Notes: a model not told the origin generated them from the sequence alone. DNA of 62,747 nt, filler included, from Choristocarpus tenellus KU-1152 (GCA_964200185.2; 13 parts of 13 records of this genome joined end to end with filler, not necessarily neighbours in it), one strand, 5' to 3'; shown: positions 12,289-26,980, counted from the whole stretch's first letter. Made by a program: numbers and translations.

Positions 12289-15221
12289 GTGAAAGCAGCT
12301 TGTAGTCACCAAGTCGTGCTCAAAACTAGGGGTGCTGCTGCTGACCAATGAAGGCCTTGACTGTGAGGGACTTCTTACGTGCAAGGTTTACAGAGCTGAA
12401 CTGTTGCAATGCACTGGGCTAGGCGGCAGTTGGGCATGGCATAGGAATTATGAAGTGTGTTGGGTACACAACACAATTAACAGTCATGTTTTTGTGTCTG
12501 TCTCAAAATTTATACCTACTCCTTTATTTACTATTAGTAACTGGTTATTGTTATGGTTTGGTGGCGATGGTGTTAGTTGAATTTTGGAGTAGGTCTCTGA
12601 TTGCTTCATAGCATGATACAACATACCAACAATACAATCTACCCCATATTTTGAAGAGAGGATAACAGGTTTTGTACCCCACCTTGGAACTCCGTCCCAC
12701 CATACTAAGCAGAACACCCAACGTGGGCAGAGAGTTTCAATTCGAAATGTTGTTAACACTCTTGCTCCAAATTTTCGATCAGAAGAATACAGTGCAAATT
12801 CTAAAACGCTTTCTTGGTTTACTCAAAACATGTAAAATATACCCCAAAAGTGGGTGGCACACCAATTTTGAGGTAAAGAGATTCCCACCAACCAAAGATT
12901 GGAGGGATTGGTAAATCTGTGTGACTTTACAAGGTATTCCGCCAACATAAACACGTACTGCTGATTGTATGTATCCAATACTTCATACGGTCCTAAGTTT
13001 CTTCCAGTCACACTCTTCCACTGACTCTATATATATCATTAATAGTACTATGTAGTATTGTAATGTGCGTCAAAGTATATTATTATTGTTCCCCCTTACA
13101 ATTTGCGGATGTGTCGGGAAATGGAGAAGACGAAGATCAAGGTAACAAAAACTTCCTACGTAAGAGTCCCCAGATTGCGAAGGAAACTGAGTTTTGTGGG
13201 GGGGAGCATTTTTTTTTTATGGCCGTTGGTGAACCAGTGGGTGGTATGATGTGTGGGAAAAGATAAAGCATGAAGAGTGGAGAGGAATGTTAAAGAGAAG
13301 GAATTGAAGTGAGGATTTCAACTTCAGAAAGTTTATAGAAAAAATCGGTCTGGATAATGATTAACAGAGGATTAGATTATAGGAAAACGGATTATCAGTG
13401 AGTATTAAACTTGAGGAAGAGCAATTGGAGCAGGCTAAAGGTAATTTTGAGCAGTTTTCCCCACCCAATCACACTTTTGATTGCTCACGACTGAGTGCAA
13501 TGGTGAGAGGGGTTAGTGCTTCTTGAGTACCTAGATTTTTTTCTCTTAAGACTATTGTTACGCCCATTCACTAATGTCGTATTCTGAATTTCTTTTTGAG
13601 TTTCATTAGCATTGCAAATTGAAAGGTTTTGTCCTCAAGTGGGCTCAAAATTTCTGATGTGCTCCTTACAAAAATCGAAATACGTGCAACACAAGTTGTA
13701 TATGCCTCAAGCAGAGTGTGCATACATACGAGGAAAAATTCAGTTGGATCTAACTCCTCCCTTTTCGATGGGTGATCGATGTTTGCTGAAAATCGCTGCC
13801 ATTCAAAACCAACTGTGGTAGACCTCTACTACAAGGAGTAGTAGTTGGTAGCTATTTTCTATTTGTCTGAGGGATCCCCAACCTGTGGTCAACAGCTGTA
13901 ACAACCAGTAAGAACACAGAAACATGAAAAATCTCAGGAGAAAAAACTGAATGTTTTCCAATAGTAATGGAGGAAAGAATGGGAGAGACTTGACTTAAAC
14001 CTTTAAAAGGTACATGGCACCCAACAATTGGTGGGACATGTTGACAACTTCGGTAAAATTACCAACAACCCAACCAATTGATTGAGAGGAAGGCAGGTTT
14101 GGACCCTTCTGCATTCTAATCTTTCTTTTACCCTGTGCAATACTCTCTATTTCATTGCTTTAGGTGCACAATAGTGACACCCCAATCAAGTGAAGGGTTT
14201 TTCCCCAATTGTACAAAAAAATGGCATTTTTTTCACTTTTCTTGGTATGCTTAAAATCCAACCCTGCCTCCCAGTTAGTTGGGTTGGCTCCAGGTCTTAC
14301 TGTTAGTAATATTAAATGGGAAAATATGTTACGTTATATAATAAAAATAAAAAATGGTGAAAGGTACCGAGTGCATCAAACAAAAAAATAAATTAGATCC
14401 GTGACGACGGATGAAATCCACCCCCCCCCTCGCATGTGTCTGTAGGTGCTGCTAGTCTTCCAAATCTGTTTTCATTTTTTTTCCCTGAAACTGTGCCTCT
14501 CTGATTCGTTACTTTTAAAAAAACATAAATTGCTGCACACCTCGCCATCGTGGGGTATTAAAAAAAATCCAATATATATATGTAAATATAAATAAAATTA
14601 TTTGTGTGCAGTAGTGACTGCCAGCTATCAAGGTATCCATTGAGGGATAACCATTTTTTTTTTATATATATATATATATATATTAATTTACCTCGAAAAA
14701 AATATTTGCGTCCAAGATCCACAAGCGGCACCACATCCCACATACCTCTTCCCNNNNNNNNNNNNNNNNNNNNNNNNNNNNNNNNNNNNNNNNNNNNTTA
14801 ATTAATTAANNNNNNNNNNNNNNNNNNNNNNNNNNNNNNNNNNNNNNNNNNNNGGAGGAGGGGGTAGCGGGGGAGGGGCAAGTGGGTCTGTCTATCAGGG
14901 GCAGGGAATTGCGCAGCAGGTGAGGTACTGAGGGAGTGGGGGGTGGGTGGGCAGTTTGGGTGATGTGGAGGCCATATTACAAGTCCCTACTGAGTCAGTT
15001 GTTACACAGTGGAATATTCTGTATTGTTGAGTGTAGGGACATGGTTCATAGTCAGAGTGCACCATTACAAAACCTTCAATTGGAGTCCTGTCAATGATCA
15101 GTTTCTCTCCCACATCCAATTATCAATTTCTCTTGCCATGCTCCCAACATCAATTAAAATGTCTTTGTTCCTTAAAGTTTGTTGAACCCTACTGGATCAA
15201 TGCATCTTACTACCTTTTCAG

Positions 15222-15894
15222 GTCGGTGATGAACGCCGCCGTTATTCCGTTGGCGGAGGAGGTGGGGGGCGCTCACAGGGTCAGGGCCAGCAGCAGCAGC
15301 AGCAGTATCACCTTAGCAAGCCTCCACCCTCTCCGTCCCAGGAAGCTCCGTCACTGCGGCCACAACTGTCACCACCCCTGCCGCAGTCGCAACAGCACAA
15401 TTCTGGGCATATGTTAGACCAGCAGCAGCAACAACAGAGATCCCGCCATCATCAGCACCACCAGCACCACCATCATCACTCCTCACACATGGGGATGGGG
15501 GGGAACACTGGCATTGGTGCCAGCAATGGCAGTGGTGGAGGAGGGGGTAATGGGGTAATGATGGAAAGGGATTCATCTGTGTTTTCCTCAAATCACTCTG
15601 CTCATTCGGGGTATTCAGCATTCTCAGGGCTCTCGGGGTATTCAGGGTACTCTGGACTGTCAAGTGCTGGTGGTGGAGGCGGCAGCGGGCATGTTGTGGA
15701 GGTGGGAGGTGGGGGTGGAGGGTTGGCCCATGGCAGTACGTCTACTTCATCATCATGGCAGCACAGTGGGGGTGGGTTTGGTGTCAGTGGTAGTGGCGTG
15801 TCCTCCTATGTGCCCGTTTCAGCTCGGGGGACTGGAGGTGGTGGCAATGGAGGAGGAGTGGGTGCTGGGAGTAGTGGAAGGGGGGACCGATATG
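15222..15894 (+). CDS. Exon of a Q/H/G/S low-complexity protein; possible terminal exon 18392-18417 (EEPMYPPD*)
   Basis: TTTTCAG acceptor followed by 224 open codons with poly-Q, poly-H, poly-G and SGYS repeats. Ends at a GT donor after 15894 or a stop at 15899. Confidence 0.65.
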
Positions 15895-18800
15895 GTTAAG
15901 TTTGTGGAAAGGGATGTAGGGAAAGGAGCTTGGGAGGGGAGAGGTTGAGGGAATGATGGAAACAAGCTAAAAGATGCAAAGAGGGTTGAAGAGGAAGGAG
16001 CAGATCAGGGGGGTTCTTTAGGTCAGGGGTAACCCACCCTACTCTGGTGAGAGTATGGGTGGTTCGTGGCCAACGTTTTTTTTGTTGTGTTGTATGTTTT
16101 GTGTGTCTCGTTTCTTGTTTCTTGTTCTCCTGTATATATTCTTGTCATCTTGGGATCATCCTCTTGTACAACCTGGTGTCTTGCTTTCTTCCCCCCCCCC
16201 ACCCTCCCTTGGATGTGATGTTCTGAGGGGGTGGGGGAAAGTTCCAGCTGCAGCTCTTAGTGAAAAGCAGTGGCAAGCAGTAGCTTGTTCAGAATGCGGA
16301 GGAGTTAATGGAATGGATATATGTGGGGCAGGGGGTCATGTGTGGAATGCAATATAGGGGTTGACCCCTTGGTTTCATGCAAGGTTCTGGTCAATCCCTC
16401 TTCATGTAAGACAAGTACAATTTGGGGGTTGAGACACGGTGATTCATGAGTAACCTCTTGTTGCTATCCATCATTCTGCCTTTGTGGTGTTTGTGTGGTA
16501 ATAGACAGGGTCTGATGTTGACTTGGCTTGACTGGGTAGGCTGAGTAGTTGTTACGTACTTGACTTGAGAGGTAGGTTTGAAGAAAGTCGGCGAGTAGAG
16601 GTTTGCAAAGGTGTTGGAGGCTGTGTCTAGTGTTGCAGAGCATTGACCTCAGGACTCAAAGGACATTTCTCCAGGGAAGGCACAAAATTGTGCCTGAGAG
16701 GAGATCAGAGTAACGGTAGGAACTCAAACCTTTGATGAGTCATAGCAAAGGGTGTGTTGATGGGAAGGGGGAGAACGAGTAGTAGGCTGGAGGGAGTTGT
16801 AGGGGAGGTTTGTGTTGGTTGTTGGGTTTGTTTCTTTTGTGATATGCATATTATGTGTATTATGAACAGCCCGTTGATCCCTGACTGCTTTGTGAGCTGT
16901 GCAGAGGCCTGTGACTGTCGATTCTCCATTATGATGATGGTTGAGAGCTTTTGTGTTTTGTAGATATTGTATGGATCCCTTCCCTCCCCACCACCCACAC
17001 ACCTTGCAGTGATGGCTCTCTGTTGGGAAAGGAAGGGGGAAGGAGTGCATACTATTGGTAAAGGGTTTTTTTGTTTTTTGTTTTTACGCTGGTTAATGCT
17101 CCATGCCTTGAGGTGGAGGCGTTGAAGTTTGGCTGGCATGGTGCGATGGGATGGCATGTTCCGTGTTTACGATTTGCATTGTTGCACAGGCATGGCTTCA
17201 CCGGTTGTACACATTGCCTTCTATTGATAGTTCTTACCTACAGTAGGCACACCGTTGTGTATTTTCCTACCCCTTCCATGGTGGCCTTGACTGCTTTTGC
17301 AACAGGAGAGGCAATAGGGTCTGGGCTCACACTATGGCACCATTGCACGTAAAAGAAAGGAAGTTGTGTCCTTTTTATTTGTTGTGTGTGCATGTGATGT
17401 CTTGATAGGAGAAATTGCCCTTGTGGCACTCTATTCTTTAAAGGACAGTACTGTACCTTTCTTTGCCTCAAACTAGTTTGGATTGGTTTCAATTTGCCAC
17501 TTGGTGGAGGATGAGGCAAGCTCAAGGGCATAGGCAGTGCTGTGGGTCGCACTGAGTAAAGATGTAGATTTTGGGAGGTTGTTGGTATCCTGCTTAATTA
17601 CCTCCCTTACTGATTGCCTCCGAGATTGGACATCACAGCAACAATGACCTTGTTGTGTGCCAGGTGTAGAGAGTAGTCCAGACTGTGTTCTTTAACTTCT
17701 GGGCCACTTGTTTAGCCCTGTAGCAGCTGCAATTATATGTTGCATGTTCGCAACACCTGAATAAAAAGTAAGGTGTAGCCCTTTTTTTCTTGCTTGAGCA
17801 GTGATCAAGCACTGGATGATTATATACTACATCTCCCCACTGCCAAATTGATAAGCACATGGGACTTCTTCTAATGGGAAAGGATACTAGATGCTAATAT
17901 TGTGGTTGTTTGTGTAGGAGGTGATTTGGGGGGGGAGGGCGGAGGGAGGATTGCCTTTTTACATTGTTTGATAGTACAGGGAGTGAGGGAGAGGTCTCCG
18001 ACCCCAAATGACTTCTTCTGAGGGGATGAATGAATTTATGGATTGACTTCCGCCTTGCATGGTGAATTTCTTGGTAGGATACTTACGTATGATGATGCCT
18101 GTTTTTGTTCCTCCCATTAATGCTGGACCAGAGCCTAGTAGGTAGTAGGGGGAGCAAAAAGTGTGCACAGCCTAGAGGGATGTGATGTCACGGCAGTGGG
18201 AATTGTTCGCCTCTTTCTTGTGGTCTTTCGGACCTCTTGTTGCGTCGTGTTGATGGCGTGGGCTGCTGAATGTGCTTTAGGCGGTCTCAGACAAAACGTT
18301 GTCCTTTCCCCCCATCCCCCGGTTGCCTGCTTTGCCTTGGTTGTTGTGTACTGTGTGTTTTTTTTGTTCATCGTTGTTGTTGCTACATAAGAGGAACCGA
18401 TGTATCCTCCAGACTAGCCAGGCAGGGTGGAAGCAGGTGGCCTGAGGGTTTGTTGGCGAGTGGGTGGGTGTGTCAACAGGTGATAGACAATGAGGAAGGT
18501 GGTGGATTTTATGGGAGGATTGTTGGGGGGGGGGGAAAAACGAGGAATGGCTGCAAGCCTACGGTATACCAGACAAACCCGCGNNNNNNNNNNNNNNNNN
18601 NNNNNNNNNNNNNNNNNNNNNNNNNNNTTAATTAATTAANNNNNNNNNNNNNNNNNNNNNNNNNNNNNNNNNNNNNNNNNNNNAACATATGGGCACTTTC
18701 CGCGCAAAATTTTGGGTCAAACTCATCCTCCATAAAATGCTCCATCCTCAATTTTGCCAAGAAGAGGCTGTTTGATGTATAGCGACAACTAACAACCCAA

Positions 18801-19784
18801 CATGTTCTAATGTAGTTTACTACATGGAAACCGCAACAAAAACACGGAAACCGAAATTTTAGCGATTCTCAAGCTGTTCGTCATCTTTCTTTGCCTGTCC
18901 ATTGGAGGGTACAAACATCGAAGGGGACTCAGCATCAGCTATAATGTCCTCTTCAGCTCTTGCTTTATTGGGCACTTCTCCATCTCCCCACTTCCATCTC
19001 CGCCACCATCGCCTCTCCCCTTTCCACCGGAAAGCATGTAGAACAGCTCTTCTCTGTTTGCCTTTCCTTTGCCTCCCCCACTTCCACCTCCTCTACCGCT
19101 TCCACAGACCCCTATGCGCTAAGAGAACCCACTCGCCTACCCTGCAAAGTTTGTCTTTCCTTTCCCTTTCCCCTTGCTCATGACAGGATATTATCCTCAG
19201 TGAAAGAAAGGTAGGTACCTGCAGGTACCTGCCCTGTCTAGGAAGGCCTGCATGGTGTTTCGCCTCTTGATGTGTGGCACATCTGTCTCCACAACAAAGA
19301 GGTACCTACCCCAGACAACTCAGTACCTCGTGTTGGATTGGACACTGGTCGTGACCTGGACTCACACCAGTCCAATCTCCACTCCCTGCATAGATACCCT
19401 TCAAAGTACAACGGTTGAGACCTACACGAAACAACTCAAATGCTTGCATGCATGCAGTACTTTGACACCCATATAGGTAAAATGTACAGCATCTACCCAC
19501 ATTCCTTGAAAAATGTTACTCACCCTTCAGTTGTGGGTAGTGGCACTCACCAATTACCATTCAATCTATAATATGAATGACCCTGGTTGGGTGCAGGGTC
19601 CTGACCACCTCGCATCTCCAACCAGGTATGACCTACCTACCCACCAGTGCTGAGTTGTGCCAATTTCTGATGAGAAGCAGAGAAAAATAACGCCGTTAGG
19701 CATTTTCCAACTCTACTCACACCTCCGATTTCTATCGATATAAATCTCTAATTTAGCATCAAGATCGTCGGGCCACCGATTATG

Positions 19785-20041
19785 ACCTGAAATAAATAGG
19801 AGGTACCCATGGTTGCATTTTAAGGATGCTGGCAAAGTTCAAAATCCAGGCCTTTGCATAACTGCGTGTAGGGACCTTCCTTAATTCTATGGGAACTCTT
19901 CAAAAATAGAGAAATTGACCCTCTCAAGCCAATCTTAGCACTTCACCAATAATAGAAGGGTGAACTATAAAAGATGAAAAGAGTGCCTTGAAAATAATAC
20001 AAAAGACCAAAACCTGAGTATCTCTAGTTTAGTTTGGATCC
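19785..20041. mobile_element. Family-C MITE; ends approximate
   Basis: AATAAATAGGAGGTACCC...GAGTATCTCTAGTTTAGTTTGGATCC. Homologous to 6865-7126 and 9263-9512. Confidence 0.6.
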
Positions 20042-21742
20042 TTATCTTGGCGATTTTTTCTTCACTGATCATGAAACATGCCTACGACAGTGTGGGGACT
20101 CTACTTAAGGACAAAATGAACAAGTCGCACCCTGTATCATTTCAATTTTTTATGCTCTATGTCGCAAATGTTATTTTCAACCCAATTCAAAGCAATAATT
20201 GGGACAACACCAACTACTTCATCTTATACTTCCTTCTGGAAGTATGGATGGTGTATGACGCTTTAGTACTAACATGATTGGCACAACCTATAATCCGAAA
20301 AGTGGAAGGATCTCAACACACACTTACGCAATACCCCCCCCCTGCTTGCAATGCACACATATTTTTATGTATATAGGGGTGGTGACCATCAGAACTACTT
20401 GCTGCCCTAGAAGGGGGGTCTACTTCAGAGACTGTACCAACGTTGACAGTGCAGTGATTGACATGATTGTTGATTCATTGTTATTTAATGATGACACTTT
20501 GAACACCCACCTCTTTAACAATGTATTATTATTATTAACACAACAAGCAAGGTACATTCTATGCCGTGACATCAAAAACAACCAAAGATTTCTTGCATCC
20601 TAAGTTCAGGGAATTCATGACCTACAACTGGACGGTGCTCAAAGCAACCTATTAGCCATCCAGATTATGTTTGGAAAAAAAATGAGCAGTAGGCAGTATC
20701 ACCTGATAAACTGCATCCTAGATAGAGCTCTCCACAAAGTACTATAGTACACATGTAGGTGGATGTATGTAAATGATTTCACAACTGGACCAATGAGCAA
20801 AGAAGGGTCGACTGATGACCACATACCACTTATGTACATGCCAATGGCACAGCAACATGGATTTCTGGATAAGACTATTGGGTGCGCACACTCAAGGTGC
20901 ATAATGATGATACTCCCCTCCCCACTCACTCACGGGTGCAGACTGTGCTCAAGGCCTTGTCGGCACAACACACAAAACAAACACCCCAAAGCAATGACTC
21001 TTCTACACCACAGAGAGATTACTGTTGCAGTGATCACCTGCTACAATCAACACTCAGCGATAGTCACCATTGCTTATAATACAAAATGAATATATATATA
21101 TATCCCTTCACTACTAATACTACTTTTTCCCTTTGTCCTCCAGATCCTATATACAGCAGAAAGAGCAGAAGGTTATTCACTATCACTTGAGAACATTTAC
21201 ACTTGGTCCCAGCAGTTCCAATCACTATCATCCTACCTTTAGTATTGCCAAAAACACGTAAAGGGTGTAACATGTTGCCTTTAAACGAGCTGCCTAGAGT
21301 TCACTTAGCACACTTGGCCTTACCTCCATTACGCCAAACACACGCGCGCGCACACACACACACACACTGCTTCGTGTTACCTACCAAACCTGTTCCCAGA
21401 CCCCTCCTTGGACAAACAGCGCACATACATCCTATTTCTGTGGCAGGTGGTAACAACCGGCTAAAAGGTGACAGACAACAAAAAGGAAGATGCGCCTAGA
21501 TGGATGTACAGAACTATCCNNNNNNNNNNNNNNNNNNNNNNNNNNNNNNNNNNNNNNNNNNNNTTAATTAATTAANNNNNNNNNNNNNNNNNNNNNNNNN
21601 NNNNNNNNNNNNNNNNNNNCCTCTCACCTAGAACAAACCTGTCCTCCCTTCCGTCGCTACAGGAAGAGTCGTCAGAGAGGACCCTTCTCTGCCGTGCTGC
21701 CCCTCTTTGTTCTGGTTACTCCCCAGATACTGTTATCCACAG

Positions 21743-24700
21743 CAGAAACATTCCTTATATATGGTGTAGGGTCATCCAATACCTTTGCATTCCACTCCAT
21801 TTTTGACAGCCTGTCGCTTACTCTAGATAACTGCAATATTGAGTCTGCCAATATTGACCGACCTCAGGAGGAAGCCCACGGCTGGTAAGACTGTCATGCA
21901 CTATAGCGTTGTTAGTATTAATAGTAATTCATACTGGAAGGTTACGAACCTTTGTTTTTAAATTATAGCCTCCAGCGTAAAAGTATAACTTTCTGTTACC
22001 AGTGTGTTCTGCGTATGGTAAGGTCATATCCAGTTGTAGTAACTATATATAGATTTGTGTTAAAATTAAATTTTTTCTGTGTTCAAGTTGGGGGTCTGCA
22101 CCAGAGGAGTTGGTTTAAGGTTCCATTCTATTCATACTGTGCTGAAACCTGATGAGTGATGAATGATGAGATGATTGATTCTGGAATGCTTTTGGTGCTA
22201 CAGGCTATTTGAAGGGTTGTTTATTGTTGCACTGAAAACCAGCCCATGGCGCTCACCACACCCTCAACTCCATAAACACTCTCTTTGTGATCACTGGTGT
22301 GTGGGTATGTACTGCATCTTGTGTGTACTGAAGGTTGATGACCTTGGGGTGGGGTGTGCTGATGCCCTTGGGTGTCATCACTGCTCGCTTTGCTCGGCCC
22401 AAGAACGCCTGGTGGTTTAAAGCACACCGTGCGATGATGCTTATGGCTCTGGTGATGGCCCTGGTTGGTCTTGCCCTTGCTGTGGTGTTCACTGAAGACA
22501 AGGGACGCGGTGAGCTTTACTGGTTGATGTTTCATTTTTTTTTTTTTTCATCATTTCTACGGGGTTTTTTTGGAGGTTTGATTTTTGAGTGCTTTGGAGA
22601 TGGAGCCAGTCTGGTTGGTGACATGCTAATCCCAGAAGTCCCTCCTGTTGTGTTGAATGAGGAGTTGCAGGAAGTGGGTGAAGTGAGTGATTTAGTGCGT
22701 TGATAGCTCGTTTTGCTTGGGTTGATTTGATCCTTGTGTAAGGTGTTGTGTGATGAGGTGCTAAAATACAGCAGTGTTTTCAACTCCAGAGTAAAAGTCT
22801 CTGTGTAAACAAAGACCTGTAGCTTGAGGTGCAGATACTTTTTGGGGATGGCAGAGTTTGCTGTAGTAATTAAACTCCAGCAAGAGTTGAGTTGAGTTAG
22901 AGGGAGCAATTACTTTTTTGAATCTAGTCAAAACGTTTTCAGTGTATTTGTTTGTTAGTTCATCCATCCCAATTCTTGATAGGTCTTACCTTTTAAAAAA
23001 TACCACACCTTGAATACGCAGTCGTTGTCAGGAGTGAACTGGTAACTCTTTTGGTGTCAGTGGAACAGTCTGTGCTCTTCTTATGTGTTGCTATATATTA
23101 TTATATTTATATATTAATAGGGTCAATCGCAGTTGAAGCATTCTCTGTTTTTTTGTTTGGTCAGCTTGTGTGTATGAATTTTTACCGAAAATTCTTCAAG
23201 GACCAGCTGAAACCTTTTATTTTCAGACGTTGGCGGGTATGGTAGAGTGGCGTTTAACAAGTGATTTGGCTCGTTTGCAATCGTCTCTTGAGACCCCTGT
23301 CCCCATTGCACCTCCAAAGACATGGGATGATGTCCAGAAAGCCTTGATCACCGCGTATAACCCCCCCGCCCATGCTGTAAGTGTATCAGCTCGTAGGCTA
23401 ACGTCCTTGAAACAGGGGGAGAACGAGTCGGTTGACCAATATACTTTACATTGCACCACAGCAATGAATCGTTTTTTAGATGATGTTCATCTCACAACGT
23501 CCTCAGATTCAGTCGACACGAAAGCTTTGCTTGTCAAGCAACTGAAAATAACCCTGATGGAAGGTGGTTTACTCCCTGCAATTCGTCTTTGTCTTGAACA
23601 GATTCGGGACGAACCCGCCACCTCGTTTGCACAAGCTCATGACCGTGCAAAACGGCATGAAACTAACCATTTATCTGGCAATAACCCCATCCCCATAACA
23701 ACTTACACGAGTGCTGTGACCCACAATCCTCGTCGTGGACAGGTTCCTCGTAGCGAACTCGAGCAATCACAACGAGAGTGCCAAAGGCTACGTACAGAGG
23801 TGGAACGTCACTGAGTTGGGGCCCTGTAATATAATCAATTCTGAGTACTAACATGTATAAATTCCCCTCTTTCTATTTTTGACAGATCACTTTGTGGAGG
23901 GTCATGCACTCTATGGAATCATTCTTATGGCTCTATTTTTATTGCAGGTCTCTCTGGCCTTTGTTCGCCCCAATGTTGTGCCCAAGCAGGGTGAAGAAGG
24001 TTACAGCATTGACCGGGTATGTTGCCTGGGAGAGAGGGGGGAGAGTCAGTAGTGCTTACAGTGACTGCTGTTGTGTTTAGAAATCTGTATTAGTTTTATT
24101 CCCATTTTATTCTGTACAAGATGTGTAGGATGATACTAGTTTTGTGTAAAAGATTTGTAAGATACTATTGATAGGTTGAACAGTCTTATCCAATGGGGTG
24201 GGTTGGTTGGCGTTTGAGATTGATGTCGTTCATTTTTTGTAGTGCAAGGGTGATTGTCATGGACACTATACAAAACCTCTGTTTTTTTTTAAGAGTATAT
24301 CTTCTGCCTAAATATAGTTTCTCACAAAACATACATGGTAGTGGTGATTCTCTACTTGATCTCTGCCTCTTGGTGAAAAGGAGATACCAATGCAACATTA
24401 ATGCGTTAATGTGTTTCTGTTTGTTGGCATTTGTTGCAGGCCCCAATGGCAAGACGCAGATCTATGTGGGAGAAAGTCCACAGATTACTTGGGGGTGTGG
24501 TGCTGGTGTGGGGTATCTTCCAGGTAAGATTCCACCAGGAATTATGATAGCATGTGCACCTAAGTTTGTTTATTCACCAGTGTGTTTGATTCAAAGCTCT
24601 GCAAGCTATATAGTGCTAGGATGTGTAAGTACCAGTATTGTGATTTCAACTGAAGGTGGTGTATCAGATTTTCTTATTGCAATGGAGTAGTGCAATCAAG

Positions 24701-25226
24701 TCAAAGGTACAAGCGTGTGTTTCAAGCATCAATATAGCTTGTCCTGGTGGTGATGCTATTGCTGCATGCATCATGGTTTCAGGTATTTCAACGGCAATCT
24801 AGTGTTGTCCTTGAAACCTTTCAAATATTATTGCACCTTGAGTTCATACTGTGATAAGTGTTATTGCAGAGACATGAAGAACATAGATTGTCCAGAGATC
24901 AAACTTGTTGAATCTGTAATGGTGTATTCCTTCAAAGGCTATTCCTTCAAAGGATGAACACAAGGCACACACGGGTTAGATGAGCAATTCTAAGGCCCTC
25001 TCACTCTCCGTGGTGCTTGTTGTCTGCTGTGCTTTTACACCCTCACCCTATCCCATGTCTTTTGTCCTTACAAAACCAACAGATATACAGTGGATTTGAT
25101 GAGCTCGATGTTGCGGACAAATGGCTCTGGTCTTACACTGGAGTTCTGATTCTCCTTGTGGCTATTTTTGTCATGCTGCAGTTGGTTAGATTGTTCTCCA
25201 AGGATAAGAAGAAGGGGGAGTCATAA
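21743..25226 (+). CDS. DOMON + cytochrome b561 (CYBDOM / ferric-chelate reductase-like) protein, 3' part. Exons 21743(or 21746)-21884, 22334-22509, 23886-24016, 24440-24523, 25083-25226
   Basis: Splices in phase to EAHGWLMTLGWGVLMPLG, WFKAHRAM, GHALYG, LAFVRP and WEKVHRLLG, giving the four cytochrome b561 heme histidines. It is preceded by a DOMON-like tail (LIYGVG...FAFH) and ends at TAA. Confidence 0.9.
23170..23814 (+). mobile_element. Retrotransposon Gag-like ORF inside an intron of the cytochrome b561 gene
   Basis: TWDDVQKALITAY...LTSLKQGENESVDQYT matches the Retrotrans_gag/MHR pattern. No pol or LTR recognised nearby. Confidence 0.7.
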
Positions 25227-26789
25227 TGGGTCAAGCTAGCTAAGTACTGCTGAATTTCTTGACTTCTCTTTTTGACTCTAGACTTTTGGTGGTTGATGGT
25301 GAGCATGATGGGGTGGTGCTGTGGATTGGTCTGTCTTTCCGATGTTATTGAATGTACTCTCTCTCTCTCTATCTCGTTGTGGTCTTGAGGATGGCATCCT
25401 GGAGATAGGGAAGGAGGGGTCGTCTTTTCTTTAAGAAGTCTATAATCTTGTTTGTTTAGCAGGAATTACACAGCGAAATAGCCCTTTTTAAATCTGTACA
25501 CTTGCATACACCTTGAGGAGTCTTGCACTTTAGAGAGAAGAAAATGCATCCCCTCCCCTGATGAAAAATAGGGCAATGTGATGTAGTGTATGATATGCTC
25601 TTCTCTGAGAGGTCTAGTTAAAAGGTTTTGGGTAGTAGGGCCATCTTCTATTGTTTATTACAGCATGTGATTGCAAACATTGTTATGTTTGTTCGCTTCC
25701 TCGCTTTTTTGAGGAGATTGTGGATATTCTAAACAGTTTCCAGGCTGTGACAGTTTTGATAGGCTTTGAGTAGATACGGGTATCGGCTTATATATTTTGT
25801 TGAGTACATTGTGTAGGTGATGCATGTGGTCAACAAAGGTATGAGAGATTTTTCCAATGGGAGGGTGTAGGTCTGTTGTCTTCTGTGGTTGAATGAAAAT
25901 CCATTGCTGTGTTTTATATATTATAGATTTGTCATGTGAGTGCTGATGCTCATTGTGATAAAAGAGTAATGATTGGTGACTGTGTGTATGTAATGCTGGC
26001 TGTATGAAGTGTCACTAAGAGCAATTGATTGTTCCTTGTCTGCTTTTTGTATCGTGTACACACGAGTGGAGCTATACCTTAGCTATACACAATGCACAAG
26101 TTTTTTTGGAGGAGCTATTTTTTTGTTTGCAATTAACAGGGGATCCTCAAAATTGGGGATGGCCCCGGACTATGGGTATGGTTGTTTTGCGAAAACGGTC
26201 TTTAANNNNNNNNNNNNNNNNNNNNNNNNNNNNNNNNNNNNNNNNNNNNTTAATTAATTAANNNNNNNNNNNNNNNNNNNNNNNNNNNNNNNNNNNNNNN
26301 NNNNNGTGGGGGAATGGTCATCTGTGTCAATAATCTCAATTGCCCAGAGGGTGCACCAGTATAGGTACATAACCTGTTACTGGTACTTAAAACTGTCATA
26401 GTACCTCAAGGTAAAGATAGGTGACTGGTTACACCCAAGAGGAAATATCATGGCTTGTTGGTGGTGAATCGTTGGCATCACACTGAATCAAATACAAACA
26501 TTATATATATCGCCCATAAGGTAGTTTTTTTACATTCAGTCCAACCACATCATGACCATGCCTCCTATTTTTCATTTTATCACTCTTGAATATTGCATCC
26601 CAAATTTCAAATTTCTACTATTGTAAGTACTCTACTATAAATGCATAATAGGTAGTGATAATTCTATATTATTTTATATTGTTTTATTTAGAATATTAAA
26701 TTGCAAATTTAATACAAATACAGTGTTGGTTGTGTGAGGTGATTTGTTATTGTGTGTGTGTGATCTCTCACGTTCACACTTGAGCAACA

Positions 26790-26980
26790 CGTAGTGGACA
26801 TGGTCCATACATGCTAGAAATACATTGAACTCATGGACAGCCATGGCTCGGACATGCAAGGAAGTTAGACTGGCCAGCCAGTGGACATGGACCAGGACAT
26901 GTAAAAAAACTCCGGCAATACCTAGTGGACATGGGCTGGGACGTTAAATAATTGTGGGACCAGTCCGGCTGGTGGACGGA
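26790..26980 (+). repeat. Degenerate tandem AGTGGACATGG / GGACATG motifs
   Basis: The motif recurs near 26793, 26880 and 26924, with partial copies between. Confidence 0.55.

Noticed and set aside
16055-18390. Many 60-150-aa ORFs, typical of most of the ORF track
   Set aside because: They lie in GT-rich intronic or intergenic sequence with no motifs or splice support.
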